Source of the DNA: a virus
Lineage: Duplodnaviria > Caudoviricetes
Strand: one strand, 5' to 3'
Virus record (IMG/VR): IMGVR_UViG_2510065010_000001
Coordinates: 32,001-96,000 of that record
Length of the DNA: 64,000 bases
Positions 1 through 10,305 of the stretch are shown piece after piece. The notes under the pieces are model-generated. The model searched no databases. It had not been told where the DNA came from and saw only the letters and a list, made by a program, of their open reading frames with translations. Positions within the stretch are counted from its first letter, which is position 1; every line of letters starts with the position of its first letter. The translations under genes and the position numbers were made by a program.

Positions 1-57
1 CACTTGTTACTGATATTCCGACTAAGAATAGTAGTCCGATCAAAACTTCCATGAGAG

Positions 58-612
58 TTACTTAAATATGTTTTCAACGCTTTCTTTTGATAAGTTGCTT
101 GGTTGCCATTCTTGACGACCAGAACTAACCCAGGTGCTTACCCTAATGACCTCACCTTTAATAAACTGTCCGATTGGTTCGAAAGAAGTAACCTCACCTT
201 CTTTGAAGGTTGTTTTGATGTTCCCGCAAAACTGGTAGATTTCGCGGCGAGACTCTACTACATAGCACCCTTCATCGTTATGCCGAATTTTGCCGTCAAT
301 GGGGGTGTAAAACTCACCGTCTTCATTAGGTAAGAACGCAACTTCATTCCAGGAGTTAACGGAAGTGACTTTATTAAATACTGAACCTGCGTAGATAGAA
401 CCTGACTGAGGTAAACTACCACGCCCATCGTCTGGACTGTCAGTAGGTGACGTTGAAGGTAAAGGGCGGGGACGGTTACGATCTCGCCACCATTGGGGAG
501 GAGCGTCAGCTTGTGCGTTGTTACCCTTTGTACCAAAAACAGCAGCTCCGATAAGTCCCCCCGCCATTACTAGAGAAATTCCAATAGGAATCAGGATTAA
601 ATTAAACTTCAT
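58..612 (-). CDS. Membrane-anchored/exported hypothetical protein
   Basis: 184-aa ORF; hydrophobic N-terminus, Pro/Ser linker, beta-rich C-terminal domain. Confidence 0.55.
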   Translation of the reverse strand: MKFNLILIPIGISLVMAGGLIGAAVFGTKGNNAQADAPPQWWRDRNRPRPLPSTSPTDSPDDGRGSLPQSGSIYAGSVFNKVTSVNSWNEVAFLPNEDGEFYTPIDGKIRHNDEGCYVVESRREIYQFCGNIKTTFKEGEVTSFEPIGQFIKGEVIRVSTWVSSGRQEWQPSNLSKESVENIFK

Positions 613-931
613 AGAGAAAGAAAGAATTGAATTTCTCTTTTAGCTTATCTAAAGTTCACCCGATTTGCATACAGAAGACACCATTTTCAATACACGTTTC
701 TCTGAAATCAGTAGCCTGTTCAGAAGAAACGTGAAAGTAAAACCGCTCGGTACTTCTGGCAGTTAGTCGAAATTTAGCAAACGTTAACTTCTTTGCATCT
801 ATATCTGACTGAACTAGAAATATAAGCATGTTCGTTAACTATCTATTAACTTGGGCAAGTTAGATACCAGACTTTTTGAAGCAACCAAAATGTGACAGAA
901 GTGATTGAAAACAACGATATGGAGTTAATCG

Positions 932-1150
932 CTATTGAGGTAGATAAAACCTTAAAAGTTTGTAATCTAAATTAGTGATTCCTACCTCTTCCAACTCGTC
1001 ATCTGTAAATAAAGAAGTACCATTGGCAGCACCTAATCCAAGAAAAACTGTTCGATTTCTGAAGAGGTAACTAGCATTCCACAATTCTGTTACATCTATG
1101 TCTTCGTCTGGTAGCTCAAACGAACCTGATAAAGTGAATTCAACTTTCAT
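932..1150 (-). CDS. Hypothetical protein
   Basis: 72-aa ORF in co-oriented run of small minus-strand genes. Confidence 0.55.
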   Translation of the reverse strand: MKVEFTLSGSFELPDEDIDVTELWNASYLFRNRTVFLGLGAANGTSLFTDDELEEVGITNLDYKLLRFYLPQ

Positions 1151-1300
1151 CGCACAATCCTTTGATAACGAAGACTAAATTCTTGAGGAAGTTGTTTTAC
1201 TGAAGCAGGCGCAGCTTTTACTACACCTTTCATGATAGGTGTTGGTGTCTGTTCGTAATATTCAATTGCTTTAATTAACAGATCTATCGACATAAAACTC

Positions 1301-1531
1301 CTAAGTATTAGATAGTTTATTTTGGATTTTTTCTAGCACTGCTGCGTTTAGAGTCTCAACAGCAATAGTTTTGCCATCTTCACTCAAGAATTCAACCTCA
1401 AAATTTTCTGAGTCGTAAACATGCACAACAGTTCCGATCGAACCCCTTTTAACAGTTAAACAATCAGCTAACAATCTCACACGAGATAGAAGAGAGACCT
1501 TATCCACGTTGGCTACCTGTATAAAAGACAC
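1301..1531 (-). CDS. DUF4926-like small protein
   Basis: VRL..D..V.RGSIGTVVHVY....FEVEF...DGKT pattern. Confidence 0.65.
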   Translation of the reverse strand: MSFIQVANVDKVSLLSRVRLLADCLTVKRGSIGTVVHVYDSENFEVEFLSEDGKTIAVETLNAAVLEKIQNKLSNT

Positions 1532-1802
1532 GTCCTAAGTTTTTCTCAACTTCTTCTGGTCGCACTACGATGTACCTATTGTGAACAACAAAGAACCGCA
1601 CACCTCTAAGAAGCAGCAGTACTCTGTCAGTGCAATACTTTGCAGTGTCGTAGAAGTAGTTATTAAGACCAATTTGCTCGGCTGGAAACCAAGAAGGAAT
1701 GCTACCGTTCCAGTCGTCTGTCCAAGCTTGACAAAGCGTAAAGTTGTAGCGAAGTATACCGGACTTCACTACAACGGTTACTGGGAGATTGGTTTTAAGC
1801 AT
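1500..1802 (-). CDS. Hypothetical protein
   Basis: 100-aa ORF overlapping its neighbours in a tight operon. Confidence 0.55.
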   Translation of the reverse strand: MLKTNLPVTVVVKSGILRYNFTLCQAWTDDWNGSIPSWFPAEQIGLNNYFYDTAKYCTDRVLLLLRGVRFFVVHNRYIVVRPEEVEKNLGRVFYTGSQRG

Positions 1803-2236
1803 TAGTTAGATAGGTGGATTATCAAAGCCTTTTTATGTAGTTCTGAACCTGCTTCAGCTTTACGGCAGACAAATTTAATTGCTCGGAAATCCTCGTCAAA
1901 AATTTCAGCCTCGTCTAAACGCTGGATTTGATAGACGAACCCATTATGAAAAACATCCCAACCTTCTGTTACTGCTTGGATTGAGTCTTCTTTAGTCCAA
2001 ACCTCATGTTCGTAAACAGTTAATAATTCTGGAGGACTGCTTTCCCAAACGTCTAAAGCTTCTTCAATATCATCGTATGACATTGACGCTACTTTTTCTT
2101 TAGCTAAGTGACCTAAAGCTAATATTTCTTTATCAGGAGTATCCGAGAACATCTCAACAAATTCATGCCCGTTTAACTCCTGTTCGCACTCCAGTTTAAG
2201 TCGAAGATATACATTGATTTTCTTTTTGATTTTCAT
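1802..2236 (-). CDS. Hypothetical phage-type protein
   Basis: 144-aa acidic ORF, coupled to neighbours. Confidence 0.65.
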   Translation of the reverse strand: MKIKKKINVYLRLKLECEQELNGHEFVEMFSDTPDKEILALGHLAKEKVASMSYDDIEEALDVWESSPPELLTVYEHEVWTKEDSIQAVTEGWDVFHNGFVYQIQRLDEAEIFDEDFRAIKFVCRKAEAGSELHKKALIIHLSN

Positions 2237-2936
2237 AGAGGATTTTGTTTAAACTGATAACACTGTTTCCAACTACTTTATAAGTTTGAGTTGCCCAATC
2301 TGGTAACTCAGCTGAATACACGGCTCCCAACTTTTCCAATTCCTCTTGGTTACATAAAATGTCTGCCTGCAAATCGTCCATTTGGTGAGGAGTTAAATCT
2401 ACCCAATGACTATTAACTATCTGCTGAGCAGCAATTAATTCATCGTGGTGAACGTCAAAAACCCAACGAGTTGTATAGGTTCTGTCACTATCTCCGTAAA
2501 TATGATCCCAACCATCTGAATGCGCATAGCGCTTCGTCAAAGTGACGGGAATAGTTTGTCTCCACTCACCTTCCTCCCGATCTTTATCCAATGCTGCTTC
2601 AATTTCAGCAAGACTTTGCGGTTCTAGTAGACTAAAAATTAATCCTTTCGCAAGAGTTGATGCTTCTTCATAGTTTGCACAATCCCAAATTTTGTCTTCA
2701 AATCTGGGATTATCTGTGTCGTAACTGATTTCAGAATTTTTATCTACCATCGAGAAGAGAGCGTCGGAAACTCCGTTTACGTTAGTTACGGTAGAAGAAC
2801 GTTCTGTTTTAAGATGGAAGGCTTCTACCTCTAAACGCTCTGCAAAAACATATTCAGGAATTGGGTAGCTCTGAATAGAAAAGGTATAGTCATGACCTAC
2901 GATTGTGATTTCCATGTTATGAGGCATTACCTGCAA
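2196..2936 (-). CDS. Hypothetical protein
   Basis: 246-aa ORF; start uncertain (ATG at ~2927 or ~2915). Confidence 0.65.
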   Translation of the reverse strand: MQVMPHNMEITIVGHDYTFSIQSYPIPEYVFAERLEVEAFHLKTERSSTVTNVNGVSDALFSMVDKNSEISYDTDNPRFEDKIWDCANYEEASTLAKGLIFSLLEPQSLAEIEAALDKDREEGEWRQTIPVTLTKRYAHSDGWDHIYGDSDRTYTTRWVFDVHHDELIAAQQIVNSHWVDLTPHQMDDLQADILCNQEELEKLGAVYSAELPDWATQTYKVVGNSVISLNKILYENQKENQCISST

Positions 2937-2942
2937 TAGCTA

Positions 2943-3380
2943 TTAAACAATCGGAAATTTGTTTTTATATTGGTCTAACAATTGAAAGAAGTACTTTAGA
3001 GGTTCCTCAGTTACTACTGCAATTGCTCTATCCCAAGAGTTTCCTGGTGCAACATTTAACGTTTGAAGTACCCAATCACCAAAATCTGCAAAGTGCTCTT
3101 TCTCCTTAGAAGGAACATCCCAGGTGGCAACGTTGTAACCACAAATGAATGCATACAACCGATGAATACAAGCACCTCCTAGATACATTTGTGGGCGTTG
3201 CTCAATTTTTTCTAGTAATTCGTAAAATTCCATTCTTGACACACTTTGATAATACAAACAAGATTGAGCTTCGCACTTAAACTCTCTTTCTATTAAATCT
3301 AGTTTAGGTGCATACTCAGTTTTAATGGAGGTAGCAACTGAGCAGGTTTGAAAATAAATACAATTGCTACACGATTTCAT
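2943..3380 (-). CDS. Hypothetical protein (Cys-rich N-terminus, helical C-terminal domain)
   Basis: CxxCxxxxxC start; C-terminal LLEKIEQRPQMYLG..LYAFICGY..F.DW motif. Confidence 0.6.
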   Translation of the reverse strand: MKSCSNCIYFQTCSVATSIKTEYAPKLDLIEREFKCEAQSCLYYQSVSRMEFYELLEKIEQRPQMYLGGACIHRLYAFICGYNVATWDVPSKEKEHFADFGDWVLQTLNVAPGNSWDRAIAVVTEEPLKYFFQLLDQYKNKFPIV

Positions 3381-3511
3381 AGCTTCAAATTACGAATTCT
3401 TTACCGTTCTATATCAAGAGTGCTCCAACCTTTTGCAATCATCACTCCTTCTAAGCTCAGAATCTTTTTGGTACAAACTGATCTCCTTGGTTAAGTGATG
3501 ACAAACTGCAC

Positions 3512-4039
3512 TTATTGTGCGTTTTTGATTGCCGTTTCTAATACCTTTTCAATTTCTACTGGGTAGAAATTCCAAGCGTCAACACCTACGTCAGCTCGAC
3601 GAAGATTGTTGCTGTATTCACACGGAGTTTTCGAATGTCGATGTCCATGCAAGTGAACACTCCCATAATGAGATCCGTTCCACTCTTGTATTGGATAGTG
3701 GAATAGTATTACAAACACCCCACCGACTTCAATTTCTGCATAATCTTCAACGCTTGTGATACGCCCGTGATTTCGAAAGAATTGCTTTTTTTTAAGGTCA
3801 TGGTTTCCCAATATGAGATGTATTTTGCCGTTTAGCTCTTCTAATATCAAATTGGTTTGATGAGAATTTCCAAAAGAGACATCACCTAGTAAATAAACAT
3901 GGTCTTCATCACTGATGGTAGAGTTCCAGTTATTAACAATAGTTGAGTTCATTTCTTCAACGGAGTTAAATGGTCGTTTTGCATACTGGATTATGTTTTT
4001 GTGGAAGAAATGCAGGTCGGAAGTTACGAAAGTTTTCAT
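3512..4039 (-). CDS. Calcineurin-like metallophosphoesterase (phage type)
   Basis: SDLHFFH, LGD, GNHD, FHYP, LHGHRH, DVGVD motifs. Confidence 0.92.
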   Translation of the reverse strand: MKTFVTSDLHFFHKNIIQYAKRPFNSVEEMNSTIVNNWNSTISDEDHVYLLGDVSFGNSHQTNLILEELNGKIHLILGNHDLKKKQFFRNHGRITSVEDYAEIEVGGVFVILFHYPIQEWNGSHYGSVHLHGHRHSKTPCEYSNNLRRADVGVDAWNFYPVEIEKVLETAIKNAQ

Positions 4040-4055
4040 TTATTTTTCTCTAAAT

Positions 4056-4313
4056 TTAACTACACGCAAAAGTATTAGACGCAATAAAACCAACCTTACC
4101 CTTATATTTAACGTGATAATAGGAACCACTCTCTTTTAAGACTTGAATGGTTCCACCTTTAGGAATAACCATTGCAGAGCCATCTTTATTTCTGTAAGTT
4201 ATATAAGGTGAAACTTTATAGACAAAAGTTGTTGGCTTTACGGTTGAACAAGTCGATGGTTGAGCTTTTACTGGTAGAGCTTGAGTTTGGAGTGCAATAG
4301 ATGCTACCAGCAA
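4056..4313 (-). CDS. Exported SH3b-like domain protein
   Basis: IPKGGTIQVLKESGSYYHVKYKGKVGFI is SH3b-like; start may be further upstream. Confidence 0.65.
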   Translation of the reverse strand: MLVASIALQTQALPVKAQPSTCSTVKPTTFVYKVSPYITYRNKDGSAMVIPKGGTIQVLKESGSYYHVKYKGKVGFIASNTFACS

Positions 4314-4370
4314 CCAATGAAGTTTTTGTATTTTGACAAATGTGAAAAGAACAAGACTTTGTTTCCAGAC

Positions 4371-4721
4371 TTATTTTACTTGTATCCTCCCTACAAGGGA
4401 AGGCATCTCAGACTTTAATCTTTCCTGGATTGCGAGAGCTTCAGATTGATTCGAGAAGTTAATAAATACTACTGCCCTTTTGTTTTTTGTGGTCAGACAA
4501 CGATAGCTGCGGGAATTCAAAGCTTTGAATTCTTCGTTGATAAGGTGCTTAGTGAATTGATCTTCTTCCTGGGATGGTTCGGTAAGTTCTAGGTGTACTT
4601 GCTGGTTATGTGTATACCTTTGGCACGGACTAAGAGCACCTGGTCCTGCCTGTGCAGGTATTGTTAATAAGACTAACCAGGTTAATGAAAACGGTACATG
4701 TTGAAATCTACACATTTGCAT
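4371..4721 (-). CDS. Exported hypothetical protein
   Basis: Signal-peptide-like N-terminus ending PAQA. Confidence 0.5.
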   Translation of the reverse strand: MQMCRFQHVPFSLTWLVLLTIPAQAGPGALSPCQRYTHNQQVHLELTEPSQEEDQFTKHLINEEFKALNSRSYRCLTTKNKRAVVFINFSNQSEALAIQERLKSEMPSLVGRIQVK

Positions 4722-4777
4722 AGCTGTATTCGACGGTTCGAACTGTAAGTTAGAGATAGTGAATTGATGAAAGACTT

Positions 4778-6109
4778 ATGCTCGGTGTTCCTACTCCATC
4801 TACTCAGTTTGAAGACTTTGGCTATCTCCAATCTAACCAAAGAATTTCTCTAGTCAACACTTCTCAATCTAATGATACCTTTCAGTTTTACTTGGAGAAG
4901 GAGGGGTACGTCACAGCAAGTACAGATGCCGTGGATGCCACCCTATCTTTATTGTCGTCAAGCGGTAGAGTTATTGAGCAGTCGGACTCGGACCTGGTTC
5001 GCAAAATCATTCCTGGACTTTACTTTATTAAAGCTGAAACCCCTTCTGGTAAATATGCTATTCAAGTTAAGCATTCTAGAAATCCAGACCTACCACCTTT
5101 GAAATTTGAAGATATGCAGTTCATTGGTCATGAAGGGGCTGTTGGCACAGTAAAAGTAAGTCTGAAGCAGAAACCGTTAAAACCTATCACCGCAGTATTT
5201 AACCCGGATCGTATTCAGTACACTACAGCGGATACAGACGGGGATATAACTAACGTTACTAAGAAGGAACTAAAGTTCACGCCGAAAGATTGGAACAAAC
5301 CCAAAACGATCGCATTTGTTGCGGAGTGGGATAACACTTCTAGCAATGCAGAACGGGAGCTTGGTTACGAGATACAAGACGGTAACCGTAAGAAAGCCTT
5401 TGAAAAAGCGATCGGCACAGTGACAAACACTTACGCGCCTGACCCAACTAAGTTTAATGTCCTGGTCGATTACCGTATGGTTGAGAACAACCCCGCCTGG
5501 ACGCAAGCTCGTCGTAGCTGGCTAGAGCAGGAAATTAATAAATGGGTGGCTCGAATTAGAAATGAGCTGCAACCTTACGACGACCGTTTTAATGTTTTTA
5601 TCGACCAGGCTCCATTTAGTACGTATGCCCATGTGGATGACATGATCATTTTTATAAGTGAAGACAACACGCCTGGGGCATTAGCCAGAACAGGTGCTAT
5701 GTACGGAAATTTAGCTGGTGAGGACACTTATCCTCGACTAATTACGATGCGTTTTAACTCAGACGTATATCAAGATACTGAGCTGCAATTTAGAGAGCTG
5801 GTTTCCCATGAAATGACTCATGCACTTGGTATGGTTGCATTAGAAGATAACGGTTTAGGTTTCCAGCATTTGCAGGGTTCCCCTGTACACACTGCTTTTA
5901 ATGGTCCCTATGCTCGTGCAGCCAATGGTAACCAAGCCGTTCCGTTGTATTCACAAGATACGTCCAACGAAGACGATCGAATTCACGTTCGGAACAGTGT
6001 GAATTCGATTATGGTTGACAATTTAGATAATGCACCATCAAGTTTTCCAACCACTTTGGATTGGGCTATTCTCGCAGACCACGGCTGGTTAGTACAGGGC
6101 GTCAATTGA
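4778..6109 (+). CDS. Zinc metalloprotease with N-terminal beta-sandwich (PPC-like) domains
   Basis: HEMTHALG zincin motif, downstream H and SIM Met-turn-like segment; FTPKDWNKP Ig-like repeat. Confidence 0.8.
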   Translation: MLGVPTPSTQFEDFGYLQSNQRISLVNTSQSNDTFQFYLEKEGYVTASTDAVDATLSLLSSSGRVIEQSDSDLVRKIIPGLYFIKAETPSGKYAIQVKHSRNPDLPPLKFEDMQFIGHEGAVGTVKVSLKQKPLKPITAVFNPDRIQYTTADTDGDITNVTKKELKFTPKDWNKPKTIAFVAEWDNTSSNAERELGYEIQDGNRKKAFEKAIGTVTNTYAPDPTKFNVLVDYRMVENNPAWTQARRSWLEQEINKWVARIRNELQPYDDRFNVFIDQAPFSTYAHVDDMIIFISEDNTPGALARTGAMYGNLAGEDTYPRLITMRFNSDVYQDTELQFRELVSHEMTHALGMVALEDNGLGFQHLQGSPVHTAFNGPYARAANGNQAVPLYSQDTSNEDDRIHVRNSVNSIMVDNLDNAPSSFPTTLDWAILADHGWLVQGVN

Positions 6110-6193
6110 GACTGAAACTTAATAATAGGAGTTACCTCTTATATATAGAGGGTGTTAGCTTGGATTTGAATGTTTCTTGAAATTAATAACTTT

Positions 6194-7045
6194 ATGAAAA
6201 AGCAACTCTTTGCTGCACTTACAGCAGTTGCTACTGTCGCAATTGGGGCAGTAGAGGCTAAAGCCGATGTCATTTGGGGTCAGGCTAACAGCCCAGTTCC
6301 TTACGAAAATGCTGAACCGTTTATTGGTACACAACTAGACGGGCTAACTGAAACACAGTTGAATGTACCTTGGTCTGTTGGTTGTCCTTCTGAGTCTTCT
6401 TCGAGTGTTGCGAGAGTTTATGGTTTTGCAGATTTTAACCAAGATGGCAATAAGGACGTTCTCTATCACCTATCTGACGGCGATGTTTACATTGCTTTAG
6501 GTACCGGTGCTTGGAACACCTACTCTTCTTGTGTACTTTTGCAAAACGTACCTCTTGATTGGTATGCTGTCCCCGCTAAATTAGTGGGTGATGGACATGT
6601 AGACATTGCTTGGCATAACAAATCTAGTGGTGCTTTTGGACTTTGGGAGATGAACGGTACGGCTGTTGCTGGATATGCTGGAGTTTCGGGTGCAGATACT
6701 ATTCCTCCTGAATGGATTCTATCCGCATCATCAGACTTTAACGCTGACGGAAAGGATGATCTTGTTTGGCGGAACACCACATCAGGACAGAACGCTATTT
6801 GGGTGTTAGACAACGGAACCATCGTTGATGTGAAGTTTCTGACAGATGTACCTTCTGGTTGGTATATTCGTGGGGCAGGAGATTACAACGGTGATGGTAA
6901 GCCTGATTTATTGTGGTGGTCACCTTCTGCAGCTCCAGATGGACTAACTGCAGTTTGGGTACTAAATGAGTATCTGCAGATTACTGCTGCTCCTTTGCTA
7001 ACATCCCCTGGTGCTAACTACATTCCTTTAGGTGGTTGGGATTAA
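6194..7045 (+). CDS. Secreted FG-GAP/VCBS-repeat protein
   Basis: Signal peptide; repeats DFNQDGNKDVL, DFNADGKDDLVWRN, GDYNGDGKPDLLW; second ATG (MKKQL) taken as start. Confidence 0.85.
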   Translation: MKKQLFAALTAVATVAIGAVEAKADVIWGQANSPVPYENAEPFIGTQLDGLTETQLNVPWSVGCPSESSSSVARVYGFADFNQDGNKDVLYHLSDGDVYIALGTGAWNTYSSCVLLQNVPLDWYAVPAKLVGDGHVDIAWHNKSSGAFGLWEMNGTAVAGYAGVSGADTIPPEWILSASSDFNADGKDDLVWRNTTSGQNAIWVLDNGTIVDVKFLTDVPSGWYIRGAGDYNGDGKPDLLWWSPSAAPDGLTAVWVLNEYLQITAAPLLTSPGANYIPLGGWD

Positions 7046-7061
7046 GTGCTAACTAAATAAT

Positions 7062-7091
7062 AAAACCGGGGAGAGTGTTCTTCCCGGTTTT
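7062..7091. terminator. Bidirectional intrinsic terminator
   Basis: aaaaccgggga..ttcccggtttt stem between convergent genes. Confidence 0.7.
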
Positions 7092-7217
7092 GTTATAAGA
7101 ACTCGAATGGTTCAAGTTCTTAGTGTAGCTAGAGTATGCCTTCTCCCGCCGTATTTAGTAATGTGTACGGTTAGCTACTTCTATATAGTAGCTTATGATG
7201 CACGAGATCGAAGCATT

Positions 7218-7919
7218 TTATCTTTTATATATGTCTGAAGCACGTCTTAAAATGAAGTTTTCATACCGTTTAAGAATTTGGACTGCTGGAACTTTTGGTG
7301 TGTTGAAAGGCAGTAAGATTTGACCACTTGTTAGTTTTAGTGCTGCTTCTAAACCAAAGATAGAAATTAGACTCTCGCTAACTACTTGCCTTAAACGGGA
7401 TGGCAGTGTAATTTCGGCAACAGACTGCTGAACATCTTTTAGGTCTGAACAAATTACTAAAGGGTCTTCACCTAAATCTCCTCCTACTATTGCTGATCTA
7501 TTAACACTACCCTCACTTGTTATGTAGTTCAAAGCACCGTTTACAAGCTCCACCTGTGTGGTACCGACACCAACAAAACGGGTGGTCATTATTGCTGCAA
7601 TTCTACTTGGAGTAGCCTTTGCTATTCTTTCATACGGTATGTTAGCAGGATTACCTGACGTTTGAAACTGCGTAGTTTCGTCTATGCCTGACGGTTCACC
7701 ACTAAGTGGTAAAAGAGAAACTTTGTTATTAACTCTTTCTAGTCCAGCCCAAACAATATAAATGTTTGTTTTCGGTATTGCTGCACAGTACATTAGTCCG
7801 AAAAATTGGCTATCTCTTGTCTTTAGAATACTTGTACCTGATGCAAATACTGGTGTTATAGACGTTAGAAAAAACGTAACAGCTAAAAGAACAGACAAAA
7901 ATGCTTTTTGAAAAGTCAC
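7218..7919 (-). CDS. Secreted protein, paralog family A (copy 1)
   Basis: Signal peptide; shares T.D.Q..G...C..IPK.N and L.Y......NRS.IV motifs with 20045..20761. Confidence 0.7.
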   Translation of the reverse strand: MTFQKAFLSVLLAVTFFLTSITPVFASGTSILKTRDSQFFGLMYCAAIPKTNIYIVWAGLERVNNKVSLLPLSGEPSGIDETTQFQTSGNPANIPYERIAKATPSRIAAIMTTRFVGVGTTQVELVNGALNYITSEGSVNRSAIVGGDLGEDPLVICSDLKDVQQSVAEITLPSRLRQVVSESLISIFGLEAALKLTSGQILLPFNTPKVPAVQILKRYENFILRRASDIYKR

Positions 7920-7976
7920 AGTTTGAGACGTAATTCAACAGCATAATTATGCTGTTGAATTCTTATGCTTGTGTGC

Positions 7977-8633
7977 TTAATTATTCTCTTGCACCCACGG
8001 AGGTTTTTCAAACTTGTGTTTTGTTTTGTTGATTAGCCTAACACTGACGATGCTGCCTAAGAAATTATTAATATGGTACGGCTCAAGACCCAACGAACTA
8101 ACTACCAAAGTTAGTTCGTCACTCTCCAATTCTTCGTCATTCATCTTCAACCCAGCTGGCAATCCAATCGAAATAGGAAAGGGGTTTAGACTTTCTACTT
8201 CTCTTAACAAAAAACTATGGTTGTAGCCTGAATTAGGCTCTTGCCTACTCATGTAGTGTTTGACTTGGACTAGACTTCTAGCCTCATCATATAGATATTC
8301 ATCTTCGTCAGGAGGTAGCCTGTCAACAAAGTGCCGCAACCGACGTATCTCTGATACGACTTTAAACTCTTTATCTGTAAACACTTCGTCATTGAGATTT
8401 TCCAAAATTGGTATCGAATCTCGATTAATAATCTCGGTGAGTTCCTCGTATCTTTGTTTATTGAAATCTAGAAACGTGTACAACTCCGTAAACAAAGTGT
8501 ATTTGGCTAATTTTTCCCACTTAAAGTAAACGTCTGAAATGGTCTGCTGTTTAGTTAGTACAGACTCTAAAAACCCATGCTGTTTTGCTAACCAAAGTAC
8601 TTGTTCAAGTGACGGCGAATAGTGTGCTTTCAT
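7977..8633 (-). CDS. Cytoplasmic hypothetical protein, putative partner family B (copy 1)
   Basis: 218-aa ORF next to a family A gene; weak similarity to 19281..19964. Confidence 0.6.
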   Translation of the reverse strand: MKAHYSPSLEQVLWLAKQHGFLESVLTKQQTISDVYFKWEKLAKYTLFTELYTFLDFNKQRYEELTEIINRDSIPILENLNDEVFTDKEFKVVSEIRRLRHFVDRLPPDEDEYLYDEARSLVQVKHYMSRQEPNSGYNHSFLLREVESLNPFPISIGLPAGLKMNDEELESDELTLVVSSLGLEPYHINNFLGSIVSVRLINKTKHKFEKPPWVQENN

Positions 8634-8927
8634 AAATTGTTTAGTTTAAGTTAGACATTAAAGCCATGCATAATATTCTCTGGCTAAGAATGAGCAAGAC
8701 TTTTGCAGGCTAGTCACAGTAATGTAATCAAGCATTACACATATTTTAACTTCTTTGTTATTAAACACTCTTCTGAAGAAAGATTGCGCATCTGTTTCGA
8801 ATAGTGTGAACTCTTTGTCATTTATATAGCCCAGACATTTAGATCACGCGGTTATTTAGATTGACCGTTCTATGAGGCAGAATGTGACTTGTGTTAGAAA
8901 TTAAATAACTCACTTTATAAAACTGTC

Positions 8928-9674
8928 ATGAACTTAACAACTCTTCTCAAGCAGGTAGACAAAGGGCTGTATAAACGGGAAGACACTGTTATATCCACTG
9001 AACTAGTTGATTTTTGTCTCTGGTATTCAGAAACTCAACCCAATCTTTACCCTCCAGATTGGCATCGTTGGTTAGGGTCTATTGTGATTGGCTGCTGTAG
9101 AACAGTTTTCTGGCAACAGCTAGATGTTTTGAATGTAACTCACAACTATTACTGCAATCGAAATAAAATAACCAACTTCAGATGTTTCGATCGTGATCAT
9201 TTAGAGTCTTTACATCCGGTGGTGAATTGGTCACATGTCAAGCACGAGGATATTAGGACTTACTTTGAGGAGCGTTATTGCTGTGTTGCGGATACATACA
9301 CAAATCTTAAACAGGTTGAAGAAAAATACCCTGATATTTCTGGAGATTTTCAGCAGCAAGCTGCTTTTTACTTATCAGTAGATGTTTCTGTTATTAACCA
9401 AGCTTGGGGTGATTTTCAGACCTTTCGTAGAGTTCTGGGAAGAGATTTAGGCGAACCTGAAATTATAAATGAAGGAGGTCTAGTCTGTACTATTTACCAA
9501 CCAGGTTATGGTGAAGGGTTTATGTGGTTAGACCAATATAAAAAGAAAATCGGAACATATGCATTGCCCGATTTTCTTTTTGTCAGTATTGTTGGTCAAG
9601 AATATCAGCTATTGAACTTAGATGAGTTTTTTCCTAATTGCGAACTTATTATCGGGGCACTAATGGACAAGTAG
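8928..9674 (+). CDS. Hypothetical protein
   Basis: 248-aa ORF. Confidence 0.7.
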   Translation: MNLTTLLKQVDKGLYKREDTVISTELVDFCLWYSETQPNLYPPDWHRWLGSIVIGCCRTVFWQQLDVLNVTHNYYCNRNKITNFRCFDRDHLESLHPVVNWSHVKHEDIRTYFEERYCCVADTYTNLKQVEEKYPDISGDFQQQAAFYLSVDVSVINQAWGDFQTFRRVLGRDLGEPEIINEGGLVCTIYQPGYGEGFMWLDQYKKKIGTYALPDFLFVSIVGQEYQLLNLDEFFPNCELIIGALMDK

Positions 9675-10278
9675 CAGGTACTTTTGGCATAGTCCCTCGT
9701 GGAGCTGCTTCTGGAAAGCGTTGCTTGATAATGATCGGAGGTGTCTCTCCATCTAAGAAAGTATCAATCTTGTTTCTCAACTGACTAGACCGCCCTAATA
9801 GGTCATCTTCCCACCAGCGTGCTGTAGAACAAGTTGTGGTAGGTGATATATCTGTGCCACGACGCACAACTCGACTTCCACCTTTAGTCCCCGTCTTATA
9901 GTTTTGCCATAAGGCTGTTCCTTGAAACCTCATCCCAACAGGACTTAGAATTGGCTTACTTCCTAACAAAACTGCTCCTAGACCATAAAAACCATACCTA
10001 AAAGGAATTATCATGTCGATGCTGCCTGTAGTTCTGACAGCACCAGCCCACCCTCTACCAGCAAAGATGCTACCTTTTGTTGTTCCTAATTCAAATACAT
10101 TTCTAGGTGCTATCGCGTAGATTGCAAATCCAGCTGATTCATAATTAGTTGGAGTACCGCTTAACGCATACAGAGCTACAGAGCCTCTAGCAACTGTAGG
10201 AGCAATAGCTGTTGCAAGAGTGTCGTCGTCATCTTGAGCGACACCATCAGGAGTTCTCTCCTGAAATAAGAGGTACAT
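9649..10278 (-). CDS. Hypothetical protein
   Basis: 209-aa ORF. Confidence 0.6.
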   Translation of the reverse strand: MYLLFQERTPDGVAQDDDDTLATAIAPTVARGSVALYALSGTPTNYESAGFAIYAIAPRNVFELGTTKGSIFAGRGWAGAVRTTGSIDMIIPFRYGFYGLGAVLLGSKPILSPVGMRFQGTALWQNYKTGTKGGSRVVRRGTDISPTTTCSTARWWEDDLLGRSSQLRNKIDTFLDGETPPIIIKQRFPEAAPRGTMPKVPATCPLVPR

Positions 10279-10305
10279 TATTGGTTTCTTAGTTTTAGGT
10301 TCTAA

